DNA of 41,415 bases from Thermoproteota archaeon (GCA_029258835.1 JAPDJY010000022.1:1-41415); one strand, 5' to 3'. Positions 27,514 to 37,556 are shown, counted from the first letter of the stretch. Program-made: numbers and translations. The notes: generated by a model from the letters alone, not told the origin.

Positions 27514-28875
27514 GTGAACGGCGTGGTTCCAGTAGCTTTGACGATAGCCGGCTCGGACCCGCTCGGAGGGGCAGGGGTGCAGATGGACCTGAAAACCTTC
27601 GCCGCCCTAGGCGTCCACGGGGTGTGCGCCATAACCGCCGTGACAGCTCAGAACACTGTCTATGTTAGGGATATACACGTTGTTCCGCCCGAGATCATAA
27701 TGGCCCAAGTTGACCTTCTCATGGAGGACTTGGAGGTTAAGGCCGCTAAGACGGGTATGCTCAGGGACAAGGAGACCGTGGAGGTTGTCTGCCACATAGA
27801 GGACGAGTATGGCTTCCCCCTGGTGGTTGACCCCATAGTCTGGGCTGGGTCTGGGGAGAGGCTGGCGTCGCCCTCGGCTGAGAGGGCGATAATAAACCAG
27901 CTTATCCCCAAGGCTACGGTCGTCACCCCGAACATAGCGGAGGCATCCCTCATAGCGGACATGCAGATAAAGAGCGTTAGGGACATGGAGGAGGCCGCTA
28001 AGGCTATAGCGTCTAGGGGTGCCGAAGCCGTCGTAGTTAAGGGTGGCCACTTGGACGAGGAGAGAGACGTCGTCGTCGACGTCCTGTACGCTGACGGGGA
28101 GATTTCAAGGTTTGAGAAGGAGAGAGTGAAGGACTGCGCGAGCCATGGAAGGGGGTGCTGCTTCTCGGCTGCGATAACGGCGTTCCTCGCCATGGGTGAG
28201 GCTCCGGCGGCAGCCGTCGAGAAGGCTGAGAGGTACGTTGAGAAGGTTTTCCGCCACCCTGTTGACATAGGTAGGGGGAGGAAGCCTGCAAACCCCCTGA
28301 TACTGCTCTACCACGACGCTGAGAGGTGGAACGTTATAAGCGACGTGGCGGAGGCTGTGAGCATGATAGAGTCTGAAAGGAACGTTGACGCGTTGATACC
28401 TGAGGTTAGGATGAACGTTGGCATGGCGACGAGCTTCGCGAGGGGGGTCGAAGACGTGGCGGCTGTGGAGGGGAGGATCGCAAGCTTCAGGGGGCGCGCC
28501 AGAGCTATTGGATGCCCAAGGTTTGGGGCGTCAAGCCACATCGCAAGGGTCATCTTGAAGGTGATGGAGTACGACCCGAACATGAGGGCTGCGGTCAACA
28601 TAAAGTATTCGCCCGACATACTTGAGGCGTGCAGGAAGAGCGGGCTCACCGTCGCGGGGTTCGACAGGAGGGAGGAGCCAGAGGAGGTTAGGTTGGTGGA
28701 GGGTAGGAGCCTTCAGTGGGGGGTGGAGCAGGCGATCCAGAAGGCTAAGGGGGTTCCCGACGTCATATACGATGAGGGAGGGTACGGGAAGGAGGCCATG
28801 ATAAGGGTTCTGGCTCAAACAGCCACCGAGGCCGTGGGGAAGGTCATCCAGATAAAGAACAACCTTAAGCTGTGA
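27514..28875 (+). CDS. thiD: Bifunctional HMP(-P) kinase / thiamine-phosphate synthase ThiDN
   Basis: [34 protein letters not shown]; C-terminal ThiN domain ([24 protein letters not shown]). Confidence 0.93.
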   Translation: MNGVVPVALTIAGSDPLGGAGVQMDLKTFAALGVHGVCAITAVTAQNTVYVRDIHVVPPEIIMAQVDLLMEDLEVKAAKTGMLRDKETVEVVCHIEDEYGFPLVVDPIVWAGSGERLASPSAERAIINQLIPKATVVTPNIAEASLIADMQIKSVRDMEEAAKAIASRGAEAVVVKGGHLDEERDVVVDVLYADGEISRFEKERVKDCASHGRGCCFSAAITAFLAMGEAPAAAVEKAERYVEKVFRHPVDIGRGRKPANPLILLYHDAERWNVISDVAEAVSMIESERNVDALIPEVRMNVGMATSFARGVEDVAAVEGRIASFRGRARAIGCPRFGASSHIARVILKVMEYDPNMRAAVNIKYSPDILEACRKSGLTVAGFDRREEPEEVRLVEGRSLQWGVEQAIQKAKGVPDVIYDEGGYGKEAMIRVLAQTATEAVGKVIQIKNNLKL

Positions 28876-28950
28876 TGGGCGGATGGGAGGGCGGGAGGGG
28901 CGGTGGAACACAACATTATTTAAAGCTCTTCCTTTCCTTTAGTTAGTGGA

Positions 28951-30966
28951 GTGGGTTTCAGAGGGGTTTCTTTGAGGGAGGCTGACGCTAGGGAGGAACG
29001 GTTCAGAGGCTTTTTCCCCTATAAGCCGTACCCAGCCCAGCTTGAGTATGCTAGGGATGTAGCTAGGCTGGTTGAGGAGGGAGGTGTGGGCTTCCTCGAG
29101 GCCCCGACGGGCTTCGGCAAGACGGTCTCGATACTTTCAGCCGTTTTACCCTACCCCTACAGGGTTTTCTACTATTCGAGAACCCACACCCAGATGAGGC
29201 AGGTCGCCTACGAGCTTGAAAGGATCAACTCTTTAGGCTACGGCTTCACCGGGGTCGTTAGGGGGTCTAGGCTTCAGCTCTGCCTTGACAGGGACGTTAG
29301 GGAAATGGACGACTACTTGAGGGCGGACGAAGTTTGCCTTTCAAGGATTAGGAGCGAGGAGGATGGGAGGAGCCTCGCCGAGCTCTCCCTGTACAGGAGC
29401 GACGTGAGCCTGGCGAGCCAGGACAGGCTTCCATCCGACGTGCGCCTCTACTGCGAGTTTGAGGGGAGGAGGGTTGAGATACCAGGATACATGCCCCATG
29501 GGGTTCCAACCGTTGCAAGCGTGGAGAGGCTTCTGGAGTATGGGGATGAAAGGGACGTTTGCCCCTACTACCTGGCTAAGGTTCTCTCGCAGGTTTACAG
29601 GGTCGTCATAGGAGCGTACAACTACCTTTTCCTCGACCCCGGCTTTAAGGGTCAAGTGATAGTTATGGATGAAGCGCACAACGTAGAGGACTTCTGTAAG
29701 GAGAGCAAGTCCTACGCCCTTTCGAGGAGAACCGTTGAAAGAGCGATAGACGAGGTTAAGGAGGTTGACAGGCCTTGGGCATCCGACGTGGAGGAGTTCC
29801 TCGCCTTTCTCTCAAGGTTCTTCAGCCACGCCGATTTTAAGGAGGACGAGCTTTTAACTAGGAGGATGATCCTTAAGGAGATGGAGGAGTGCGGGGTTAC
29901 AAGGGAGAGGATAGAGGAGTTTCTTGAAGGGTGGCCTCTGATAATAAACATCCAGAGGGAGCTCATAGCGAGGAGGGGGAGGGTTGTAATCCTTGACAGG
30001 CTGAGGGTCGCCCAAGTCTACGCTTTCATCGAAACCTTCATGTCGAGTGGGGAGGAGGAGTACGTGGGGTTCTGGAACGCCGAGGACGAGAAGAACCCTG
30101 TGCTTGAGTGGCTCTGCCTAGACCCTAGGGTCGCGTTCAGCGAGATCCTATCCGAGAAGCCGAGGGCGGTCATACTGACCAGCGGAACCCTGTCGCCGGT
30201 GGAGGGTATGGCGGCACGGTTGGGGGTCCCGGAAGCCTTCAAGAGGAGCTACCCTTCAGTCATACCTAAGGACAACATAATGATTCTGGCTGTGGGCAGG
30301 GGGCCAAGCGGCAAACCCCTCACAACCAAGTACGAGATGAGGGGCGACGAGGAGACGGTGCTCGAGTACGGGGAGGCGGTCGCTAGGATAGTTAGAAACG
30401 TCCCTAACGGAACCATAGTGTTCTTTCCAGCCTACCAGGTGATGAATAGGATGTTGAACACGTGGAACACTTACGGTGTCCTCGGCGAGATCGACGCAGC
30501 CGTCTTCATAGAGTCTCCGGGTAGCACGGCGTCGCTGGTCGACGCCTACAGGAAGGCGGCCAGGGAGGACAAGGCTGTGCTCTTCGCCGTCGTCAGGGGG
30601 AAGCTCAGTGAGGGGGCGAACTTCCCCGACGAGTCGGGGCGAGCCGTAGTTATAGTCGGCATACCATACCCTAACATTTCCGACCCCAGAGTTATGGCTC
30701 AGAGAGAGTACTACGACAGGGTGGAGGAGAGCATGGGGAGAAGGTGGTACCTTGACCAGTCCTTTAACGCTGTGAACCAATCTCTCGGCAGGGTTTGGAG
30801 GCACAAGGAGGACTACGCGGTTGGGGTGCTGCTTGACACGAGGTACGCTTGGAGGGAGAGCAGGAGGAGGCTTTCGCCGTGGCTGGCGGAGAGGACCACG
30901 CACGTGGACCCTAGGACGCCGTTTCAGACGGTGGAGAGGATGATCAGGGCATTCTTTAAAGGGTAG
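28951..30966 (+). CDS. XPD/Rad3/DinG-family Fe-S DNA helicase
   Basis: EAPTGFGKT, SRTHTQ, Fe-S cysteines (LC...C...C...CPYY), DEAHN, TSGTL, GKLSEG, QSLGRVWRH. Confidence 0.92.
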   Translation: MGFRGVSLREADAREERFRGFFPYKPYPAQLEYARDVARLVEEGGVGFLEAPTGFGKTVSILSAVLPYPYRVFYYSRTHTQMRQVAYELERINSLGYGFTGVVRGSRLQLCLDRDVREMDDYLRADEVCLSRIRSEEDGRSLAELSLYRSDVSLASQDRLPSDVRLYCEFEGRRVEIPGYMPHGVPTVASVERLLEYGDERDVCPYYLAKVLSQVYRVVIGAYNYLFLDPGFKGQVIVMDEAHNVEDFCKESKSYALSRRTVERAIDEVKEVDRPWASDVEEFLAFLSRFFSHADFKEDELLTRRMILKEMEECGVTRERIEEFLEGWPLIINIQRELIARRGRVVILDRLRVAQVYAFIETFMSSGEEEYVGFWNAEDEKNPVLEWLCLDPRVAFSEILSEKPRAVILTSGTLSPVEGMAARLGVPEAFKRSYPSVIPKDNIMILAVGRGPSGKPLTTKYEMRGDEETVLEYGEAVARIVRNVPNGTIVFFPAYQVMNRMLNTWNTYGVLGEIDAAVFIESPGSTASLVDAYRKAAREDKAVLFAVVRGKLSEGANFPDESGRAVVIVGIPYPNISDPRVMAQREYYDRVEESMGRRWYLDQSFNAVNQSLGRVWRHKEDYAVGVLLDTRYAWRESRRRLSPWLAERTTHVDPRTPFQTVERMIRAFFKG

Positions 30967-30974
30967 GTGGAAGG

Positions 30975-31826
30975 ATGGGGAGGCTGGCTGAGGAGATAGT
31001 CAGGAAGCCGCAGCTTGCATCTAAGCTCGACGGCGAAGCAGTCAAGAGGATCATCTACGATGCGGGGGAGGTTCTCGAGGGTGAAACCTACTTTGAGGTT
31101 GAGGGTGGGAGGGTCCTCTTCGTAGGTGACACGCACGGTGACCTCTACTCAACCATGGCTGTGGCAAGGAGGTTTCTCAGGGAGGGCTACGACCTGGCGG
31201 TTTTCCTAGGGGACTACGTTGACAGGGGGGCTGAGCAGGTTGGAAACATGAACTTCGTCCTCTCGCTTAAAACCGTGTACCCTGACAGGGTGATACTTCT
31301 CAGAGGCAACCACGAGACCCCCCTCGCCAACAGGTACTACGGATTCATGGATGCTGTCTCGAGGAGGTTCTCCTTCAGCTTCTACAGGGTTTACGCCTCC
31401 CTCTTCGCATCCCTGCCATACGCTTGCCTAGTTAACGGGTCGGTGCTGTGCCTTCACGGGGGGATAGCTAAGGGGCTTGAAAGGCTGAGCCAGCTCAGGG
31501 AGATTCCCAGGGAGGTGGAGGTCGAGGACCCCATAGGGTTCCAAGTGCTGTGGAACGACCCTCATGAGGGGGTGAGGGGGTTCAAGCCAAGCCCCAGAGG
31601 GCCGGGAATATACGTGTTTGGAGAGGACGTTTTCACGGAGTTCGCCGAGGAGAATGGGGTTGAGGTTATGGTGAGAGCTCACGAGGTGTTCCCTCAGGGG
31701 TTCAAGTGGTACTTTCGAGGGAGAATTTTGAGCTTGTTTTCCGCCGCGCAGTACACCATCCCGGTTAATGCCAAGGTGGGCGAGATGGAGGGAGGAGATC
31801 TCCGGGTAGTGGACGTCTTCAGCTGA
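30975..31826 (+). CDS. PPP-family serine/threonine protein phosphatase
   Basis: GDTHG, GDYVDRG, LRGNHE, LHGG, LWNDP, RAHE, LFSA. Confidence 0.93.
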   Translation: MGRLAEEIVRKPQLASKLDGEAVKRIIYDAGEVLEGETYFEVEGGRVLFVGDTHGDLYSTMAVARRFLREGYDLAVFLGDYVDRGAEQVGNMNFVLSLKTVYPDRVILLRGNHETPLANRYYGFMDAVSRRFSFSFYRVYASLFASLPYACLVNGSVLCLHGGIAKGLERLSQLREIPREVEVEDPIGFQVLWNDPHEGVRGFKPSPRGPGIYVFGEDVFTEFAEENGVEVMVRAHEVFPQGFKWYFRGRILSLFSAAQYTIPVNAKVGEMEGGDLRVVDVFS

Positions 31827-31925
31827 GAGGGCAGCGTGGATGGTTAACTTGCCTCCTAGTGTGGTTGACGTTTGAGGCGGCTGCTAAGCCGTTAAGTGTG
31901 CTGCGGATCGCTGAGGGTTCCGAGT

Positions 31926-32666
31926 TTACGTTAGGAGGGCTGAGTTGAGGAATTCCTGCAGGTCTTTAGGTTTTATCGTTCCCGTGTGGAGGGCTGTCGC
32001 AACCAGCGCGCCCTTCACTCCTATGCTTCGCAGAGCCTTTAAGTCTTCGACGCTTCTCACCCCTCCGCCGGCTATCACCGGGATTGAGAGGTGGGACGCA
32101 AGCTTCTCGAGGAGGGTGATGGGGGGGCCGCTGCGCATTCCGACACGGGATAGGTCCACCACGAGGAGGGAGGACACGCCGGAATCCTCGAACATCGCCG
32201 CTGCTTCAAGAGGGGTCATTGACGCTACCTCCCGGCTCCTAGAGACGACGGAGACGCCTCTCAGGTCGAGGCTTCCAACTATTCTTTCGCCGTAAAGCCT
32301 AGTGCACTCTGAGAGGAAGGCTGGGGTTGGGATGGTCTCGGTTGCAACGACGACGCCTGATACTCCGGCTCTGACCAGGCTCTCGACGGACTCGACGCTT
32401 CTCACCCCGGCGTCGGCCGTGATCCTCATGGAGGAGCGTCTAACGAGAGACCTTATGGCTCCCAGGTTCGGCGCCCTCCCCTCTATAGCGTCCAGGTCTG
32501 CGATGTAGAGTTCGGTGAAGCCGAGGCATTTAAACGCGTACATGACGTTCATGGGGTCTGGCGAGGAGGTGAGAACCGACTTGACGGGCTCATACTCTCT
32601 TCTAACGCCTCCCTTAGCGTGCACGACGATGCCGTTCATCAGGTCCATGACAGGTATTACACGCAT
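31926..32666 (-). CDS. HisA/HisF-related TIM-barrel protein of C1-cofactor gene clusters
   Basis: MRVIPVMDL..G.VVHA..G.R..Y.PV, LYIADLDAI, AGGGVR; it neighbours mfnD and mfnF. Confidence 0.8.
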   Translation of the reverse strand: MRVIPVMDLMNGIVVHAKGGVRREYEPVKSVLTSSPDPMNVMYAFKCLGFTELYIADLDAIEGRAPNLGAIRSLVRRSSMRITADAGVRSVESVESLVRAGVSGVVVATETIPTPAFLSECTRLYGERIVGSLDLRGVSVVSRSREVASMTPLEAAAMFEDSGVSSLLVVDLSRVGMRSGPPITLLEKLASHLSIPVIAGGGVRSVEDLKALRSIGVKGALVATALHTGTIKPKDLQEFLNSALLT

Positions 32667-32908
32667 ACCCCTTGCTCCCCTTCATGGTGCAGGCGAAAAG
32701 GAGAAGCTTAAAAAGAATAGTGTAGCTACAAATAAAAAACTTTCCAACCTCTAATTGATCGTCCATCCCCTTCAGGGTGGAAGTGGCGGGAAAGGGGCTC
32801 AGCCCTGAGGCATCGTGTAGAGGCTGCGGGCAGCAGGTGGTTGGGGTAGGGTGCAACGGGTGGATTCTTGGGTTGGCGCGGGAGGCTGCCTTCCTGGCTG
32901 GTGGTGGG

Positions 32909-34045
32909 ATGAAGGGAAGGGTCTTCGTGTACGAGTTTATGTGTGGAGGCGGGATGGCTGGTGAGGAGTTGCACGTGGACGTTGCAGTGGAGGGGCTCGC
33001 CATGCTTCTCGCATCCGCCGAGGACTTCTCCTCCGCAGGGTTCCACACGTTCACGACTCTAGACCCCAGACTTCTCTATTTGAAGAGGATTTTTGAAGCT
33101 AGGAGTGTCGCCGTGGTGGAGAGGGGCCTCCTTGAAGGGGTGGAGGAGGCTGACTGGGTTCTTTTAATTGCCCCGGAGACGGGGGGGACGCTCTGCGAGT
33201 TAACGCGAACCCTTGAAAGGAGCGGATGCAGTGTTTTGGGCTCCTCCTCCAATGGGGTAGCCTTGGCTACGGATAAGGGGAGAACATTGGAGTTGGCTGG
33301 TGAGGCAGGGCTAAGCGTTCCCCTGACCTTAACCGCCAAGAGCGTGGAGGAGGCTGTTGGGAGGGCGTGGGAGGTCGGGTTTCCAGCCGTGTTTAAGCCG
33401 GTTGACGGTGTGGGATGTGAGGGGGTCAGCGTAGCTAGGGGCGAGGATGATGTTAGGGGGGCGGCTGAGCTCGCCTCGGCTGCTTCAGGAACCGGGGAGA
33501 TCCTCGTTCAGGAGTATGTGAAAGGGGTGGATGCGAGTGCAAGCTTGATAGTTGGCGATGACGAGGCAACGCCCTTAACGCTAAACGCTCAAATGATTCT
33601 AATCGGCGAGGACGGAAGGATACGTTATGAGGGGGGCTACCTCCCCCTCAAGCACAGCTTGGAGAAGGAAGCCTTAAAGGCAGCTGAGAAGGCGGCGCTG
33701 CAGATTCCGGGCTTGAAGGGGTACGTTGGGGTGGACTTGGTCCTGTCTCGCAGGGGGGTGTTCATAATGGAGGTTAACCCCCGCCTGACAACCTCGTACC
33801 TAGGTGTCAGGGAAGTTGTAGAAGGTAACATTGCAGGGTTTATCTTCGACTCGTGTCTGAGAGGGGTGACACCGGGAAGAGTGGTGGTTAGGGGAGGCGC
33901 AGCGTTCAGGAAAACGTCTACGCGTGAAGTGTGTGATTGGGAGGTTTCAATAAATGAGAGGCACAGGTTTATAGTTTGCCGCGGAGGAAGCATAGATGAA
34001 GCGCTGGTGAAGGCGGGAATCCGCCCTCGGAGGGCTAACCTCTAG
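32909..34045 (+). CDS. mfnD: ATP-grasp ligase, MfnD (tyramine--L-glutamate ligase)-like
   Basis: VFVYEF..GG, EG.AML, LIAPE, KPVDGVGCEG, LTLNAQ, GYVGVD, EVNPRLTTSY. The ORF-track start at 32777 is probably too far upstream. Confidence 0.75.
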   Translation: MKGRVFVYEFMCGGGMAGEELHVDVAVEGLAMLLASAEDFSSAGFHTFTTLDPRLLYLKRIFEARSVAVVERGLLEGVEEADWVLLIAPETGGTLCELTRTLERSGCSVLGSSSNGVALATDKGRTLELAGEAGLSVPLTLTAKSVEEAVGRAWEVGFPAVFKPVDGVGCEGVSVARGEDDVRGAAELASAASGTGEILVQEYVKGVDASASLIVGDDEATPLTLNAQMILIGEDGRIRYEGGYLPLKHSLEKEALKAAEKAALQIPGLKGYVGVDLVLSRRGVFIMEVNPRLTTSYLGVREVVEGNIAGFIFDSCLRGVTPGRVVVRGGAAFRKTSTREVCDWEVSINERHRFIVCRGGSIDEALVKAGIRPRRANL

Positions 34046-34451
34046 TATGGTTTCCATGGGCAATTTCAGAGAAGGGTCTAAGCGTGCAACATCGGCGTGT
34101 AGGGTGGGGGTACCTAGTCGTTCGCTCTCGTGTTTGCCTTCCTTAGTTCTGGAACACGTTGAATAGGGGTGTTCCCGTAGGGGTCGACAAGGTAATCGCC
34201 AGCTTTCTTTTCCGATAGGGCCGGTAGATCAAGCTGTCCATTTCCGTTTGCGGTTGTTAGGTCCCGCCTCACAGTTGCAGGCAATATTGATGGTATTCCC
34301 GCATATCATATAGGTTAGCCTTCTGATTGATTGCTGTCTTCATTGTTACGATTCGTTAAAGATAGAATCTTATAGGGAGAGACCTTATAGGATCTGAATG
34401 TGATGGATCCCGCTCTATGGTTGGAAGTGGGGCCTTCTGGGTGAAAGAGAA

Positions 34452-35522
34452 ATGATTTTTGTTGGATTGGACGTGGGGGGCGCTAATACTAAGGCTGCTA
34501 GGGTGGATGTTGGATCTGGGAGAGTTAGGGTTAAAGTGGTTAGGGAGTACTTTCCCGTGTGGGCTAGGTCGAGGGGTGAGCTTCCAGAGCTCATATCTAG
34601 GATAGGGCGGGGGCTTTGTGGCGGGGAGGAACCTGACTGCGTCTGTTTGACGATGACCGCCGAGCTCTCCGACGCTTACGAGACCAAAAGGGAGGGGGTT
34701 AACCATGTTCTTTCTTCGGTTGAGTACGCTTTTAAAGGGGTTGAGGTGCTTGTCGTGAACTGCATGGCGGAGCTTTTAAGCGTCGGCGAGGCGAGGAGGC
34801 GCCCCTTGGAGGTTGCAGCGGCGAACTGGCCGGCTACGGGGTGGATGGTTGGAAGGGTCTTCAGAAACTGCATCTTCATGGATGTGGGGAGCACAACCAC
34901 CGACATAATACCCGTTAGGGATGGGGTGCCCTGCCCTGAGGGGAGAAGCGACACCGAGAGGCTGATGAGCGGAGAGCTAGTCTTCACGGGGGTTCTCAGG
35001 ACGAACATTTCGGCTATAGTGGGGTGGGTCCCCCTGTGGGGGCGCATGTGTAGGGTGTCTCCGGAGAAGTTTGCGTTAACCGCCGACGTACACCTCATCC
35101 TGGGGAACATTTCGGAGGAGGATTACACCTGCGAGAGCGCTGATGGGAGGGGGAAGGACGTGGAGCACTCGATGGCTCGCTTGGCGAGGGTTGTGTGCGG
35201 CGACCTTGAAACCCTAACCGCCGAGGACGTCCTCGGGATCGCGAGGTACGTGTATGTTAGGCAGGTGGAGCAGGTGGTGGAGGGGCTTGAGCAGGTTTCC
35301 TCCAGAAACCCGGACTTAAAGACGGTTGTAGTTGCTGGTCTGGGAGGGAGGTTCCTAGCTTGGAGGGCGGCAGAGGCTGCAGGCTTCAGGAAAATACACG
35401 GTTTAGACGATGTGTTTGGGAGGATGGTTTCCGAGAATGCACCCGCCGTTGCTGCGGCTCTGATGGCTGCTGGAAGGAGGGGGGTGGACGTGGACGAAGT
35501 GCTTAGGAGGATGAGGGGGTAG
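34452..35522 (+). CDS. mfnF: MfnF (hydantoinase A-like, methanofuran biosynthesis)
   Basis: GLDVGGANTK, TMTAELSDAY..KREGV, AAANW, DVGSTTTDIIP, GELVFTGVLRT, RLARVVCGD. Confidence 0.85.
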   Translation: MIFVGLDVGGANTKAARVDVGSGRVRVKVVREYFPVWARSRGELPELISRIGRGLCGGEEPDCVCLTMTAELSDAYETKREGVNHVLSSVEYAFKGVEVLVVNCMAELLSVGEARRRPLEVAAANWPATGWMVGRVFRNCIFMDVGSTTTDIIPVRDGVPCPEGRSDTERLMSGELVFTGVLRTNISAIVGWVPLWGRMCRVSPEKFALTADVHLILGNISEEDYTCESADGRGKDVEHSMARLARVVCGDLETLTAEDVLGIARYVYVRQVEQVVEGLEQVSSRNPDLKTVVVAGLGGRFLAWRAAEAAGFRKIHGLDDVFGRMVSENAPAVAAALMAAGRRGVDVDEVLRRMRG

Positions 35523-35644
35523 CATGGTTCGCCGGGCTTTTTCTTTGTGTTTAGCAATGAAATGTTTTACTTAAGTAAAAATTCGCGTCCATCACATTTA
35601 ATTATAGAAAAAAATAAATACCAGAAAATTGATAGAAGTTCCTC

Positions 35645-35742
35645 AGGTTTAGGAGGAATCTCGGTGAGAGGGGGTAGGCCAACCCCTGAAGGGGAACACT
35701 GATCCAATGAAGGGCCTGTAACCCCCCGAGCCTCAAACCTCC
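35645..35742 (+). ncRNA. Candidate small structured non-coding RNA
   Basis: A TATA-like GAAAAAAATAAATA lies about 25 nt upstream. Nested helices: AGGTTT/AAACCT, GAGG/CCTC, CTCG/CGAG, GGGGGT/ACCCCC, AGGCC/GGCCT, CCCC-TGAA-GGGG. Confidence 0.45.
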
Positions 35743-35744
35743 TT

Positions 35745-36227
35745 TCAGAAAAGTGTTGTCTGCCTGTATCCCTTCTTCCCCTCCTCCTCGACGGCTTCCC
35801 TGGGCTTCCTTGAGCGCTTAGCCTTCCGCCCAGCCTGCATTTTGGCGGCTGCCTCGCGGGCTGCTTCGCGGGCTGCTTCACGCTCCCTCTGGGCGAGAGC
35901 CCTTATTCTTTCGCGGTCCACTTCAACGGTGAAGTCGAGGGGGTATGGTTCGACCTCGTCTAGGCCGCTGAAGTCGAACTTCTTTCCGAGGAAGATGAGG
36001 GGTGGGGTGTCAACGTCCCTTGCCATGGAGAGGAGGCCGCCGTCCATCCTCAGTACGCCGTTGTCCAGGGCTAGCTTGAGAAGTTTAAGGGCTCTTGTAG
36101 GGGAGAAGTTGAAGGGGAGCCCCCAGTCGAACGAGAGGATGAAGCACCATTCTTTAGGGGTAAGCTTGGATTTGCCTGAGAGAATGAATGGTATCTTTGA
36201 TAGGGCCTCCACGGCGTCTAGGCTCAT
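35745..36227 (-). CDS. DUF2240-like archaeal protein
   Basis: PF...GKSKLTPKEWCFILSFDWG....SP..A..L...A...G.L pattern. Confidence 0.65.
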   Translation of the reverse strand: MSLDAVEALSKIPFILSGKSKLTPKEWCFILSFDWGLPFNFSPTRALKLLKLALDNGVLRMDGGLLSMARDVDTPPLIFLGKKFDFSGLDEVEPYPLDFTVEVDRERIRALAQREREAAREAAREAAAKMQAGRKAKRSRKPREAVEEEGKKGYRQTTLF

Positions 36228-37210
36228 GCTTGACCACCGTTGCCTCTCTGTTCTTTCTCCTTGGGTGGAGCGGGGGGAGCCCCCTCGGCTCTTCTGACGG
36301 GGGGTTGGGGGAGTATCAGCATCGACGCGTCGATCTCCTCGATTATAGGCTTAGTTTCCGGTCTTAGGGTGGCTTTCACGGGTATTACGAGGAGTTCCGC
36401 GTGCGTCTTCCTCATTCCGGCGACGGCGGTCACGTCTATTGTTCCGGCCTCTATGAAGTGGGCTACCTTGAAGCCTCGCTCCACCAGAGCTGGCTCAACC
36501 TCCTTGAAGGACTTCTCCATTATGTTGCATGCCGACGACAACACCTTCTCCTTTTCAAGGGTTGTCAGCTCCGACAGGGCGTCGCTGACCATTTCGACCG
36601 ACTTCAGGAACGACTCGTCTATGTAGGTGAGGAAAGTTATCTTAGCGTTGGGTCTGCACATGGTTATGAGGGTTGGGAGGCATGCCTTTATCTCCCCCGG
36701 CTCCCTGACGAGGACCAGCACGCGGCTGAGAAGCCTTTGAGGCGTAACCTCGGACTTCTTAATGACGAGGATCGGAAAGCCTACCTTTTGAACCAGGAGT
36801 TCAACCAGCTTCACCATGGAGGCGGCGGCCTCAACCGTTTCTGAGGGGGAGGGGACGACCAGGAGGCTGGGCTGGCCGCCCCTCGTTAACTCCACTATGA
36901 GGTTTACCAGGCTGTCTTCTGGAACGTGCTCCTCCACGTCGTGAACCCCTCTCCTTTCCAGTTCCTTCCTGACGGATTTGAAGGTATCCCTGCAGTTCTG
37001 CTTCATGCACACCAGCTTAACACTGCACGAGCACTTCTTGGAGAGGAACGCCGCGGCCCCCACCGTCGGCTCAAGGGGGATCGAGGTGTCTGGCAGCAGC
37101 AGGAGTATGGAGGCGAACGGTGACGGTTCAACCCCCCTCACCGGTATTATTAGGTGTTGCTTAAGTCTGCTTTCAAGCCGGGCAATCTTCTCTAAATCCT
37201 CCTTGCTCAA
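36224..37210 (-). CDS. Universal-stress-protein (USP)-like tandem-domain protein
   Basis: Two alpha/beta repeats (FASILLLL...SLLVVP...LVQKVGFPILVIK; RVLVLV...AELLVIP...SMLILP). Its stop overlaps the next ATG. Confidence 0.55.
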   Translation of the reverse strand: MSKEDLEKIARLESRLKQHLIIPVRGVEPSPFASILLLLPDTSIPLEPTVGAAAFLSKKCSCSVKLVCMKQNCRDTFKSVRKELERRGVHDVEEHVPEDSLVNLIVELTRGGQPSLLVVPSPSETVEAAASMVKLVELLVQKVGFPILVIKKSEVTPQRLLSRVLVLVREPGEIKACLPTLITMCRPNAKITFLTYIDESFLKSVEMVSDALSELTTLEKEKVLSSACNIMEKSFKEVEPALVERGFKVAHFIEAGTIDVTAVAGMRKTHAELLVIPVKATLRPETKPIIEEIDASMLILPQPPVRRAEGAPPAPPKEKEQRGNGGQA

Positions 37211-37556
37211 TTGGAACCCTCCCGTGGGAGAACGAAGCTAACCTAACCTTCAGCACCCTCCTTTTAGAATAAAAGCTGACGAGTATAAGTAGAAGGCGAA
37301 GAGGGGTGAAGACGCAACCCGGGGCGGGATTCGGAGGGGACGCGTGAACCGCTCAGGGTGAAACTACACGTCTTGGGAGAGGCTGCCGGAAACTTCACCC
37401 CGTAAACCCCGTCAGGACTTAAGTTACCATTTATGCTCCCAGAACATTTAAACATTCACTCATCCCTCTTCTAAAAGACAATTACCTTCGGATTTAAAAA
37501 TATTGGTAAGTTCCTCTACTTTCTCAGAGGCAGCACATAAAAAGTTTTTGCCCCTA

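Noticed and set aside
35642-35700. Words reminiscent of glycine, TPP or SAM riboswitches, or tRNA-Sec (TTCA on the minus strand)
   Set aside because: Motif order and helices do not fit those families. TTCA sits in a 4-nt loop with no D or T arms.
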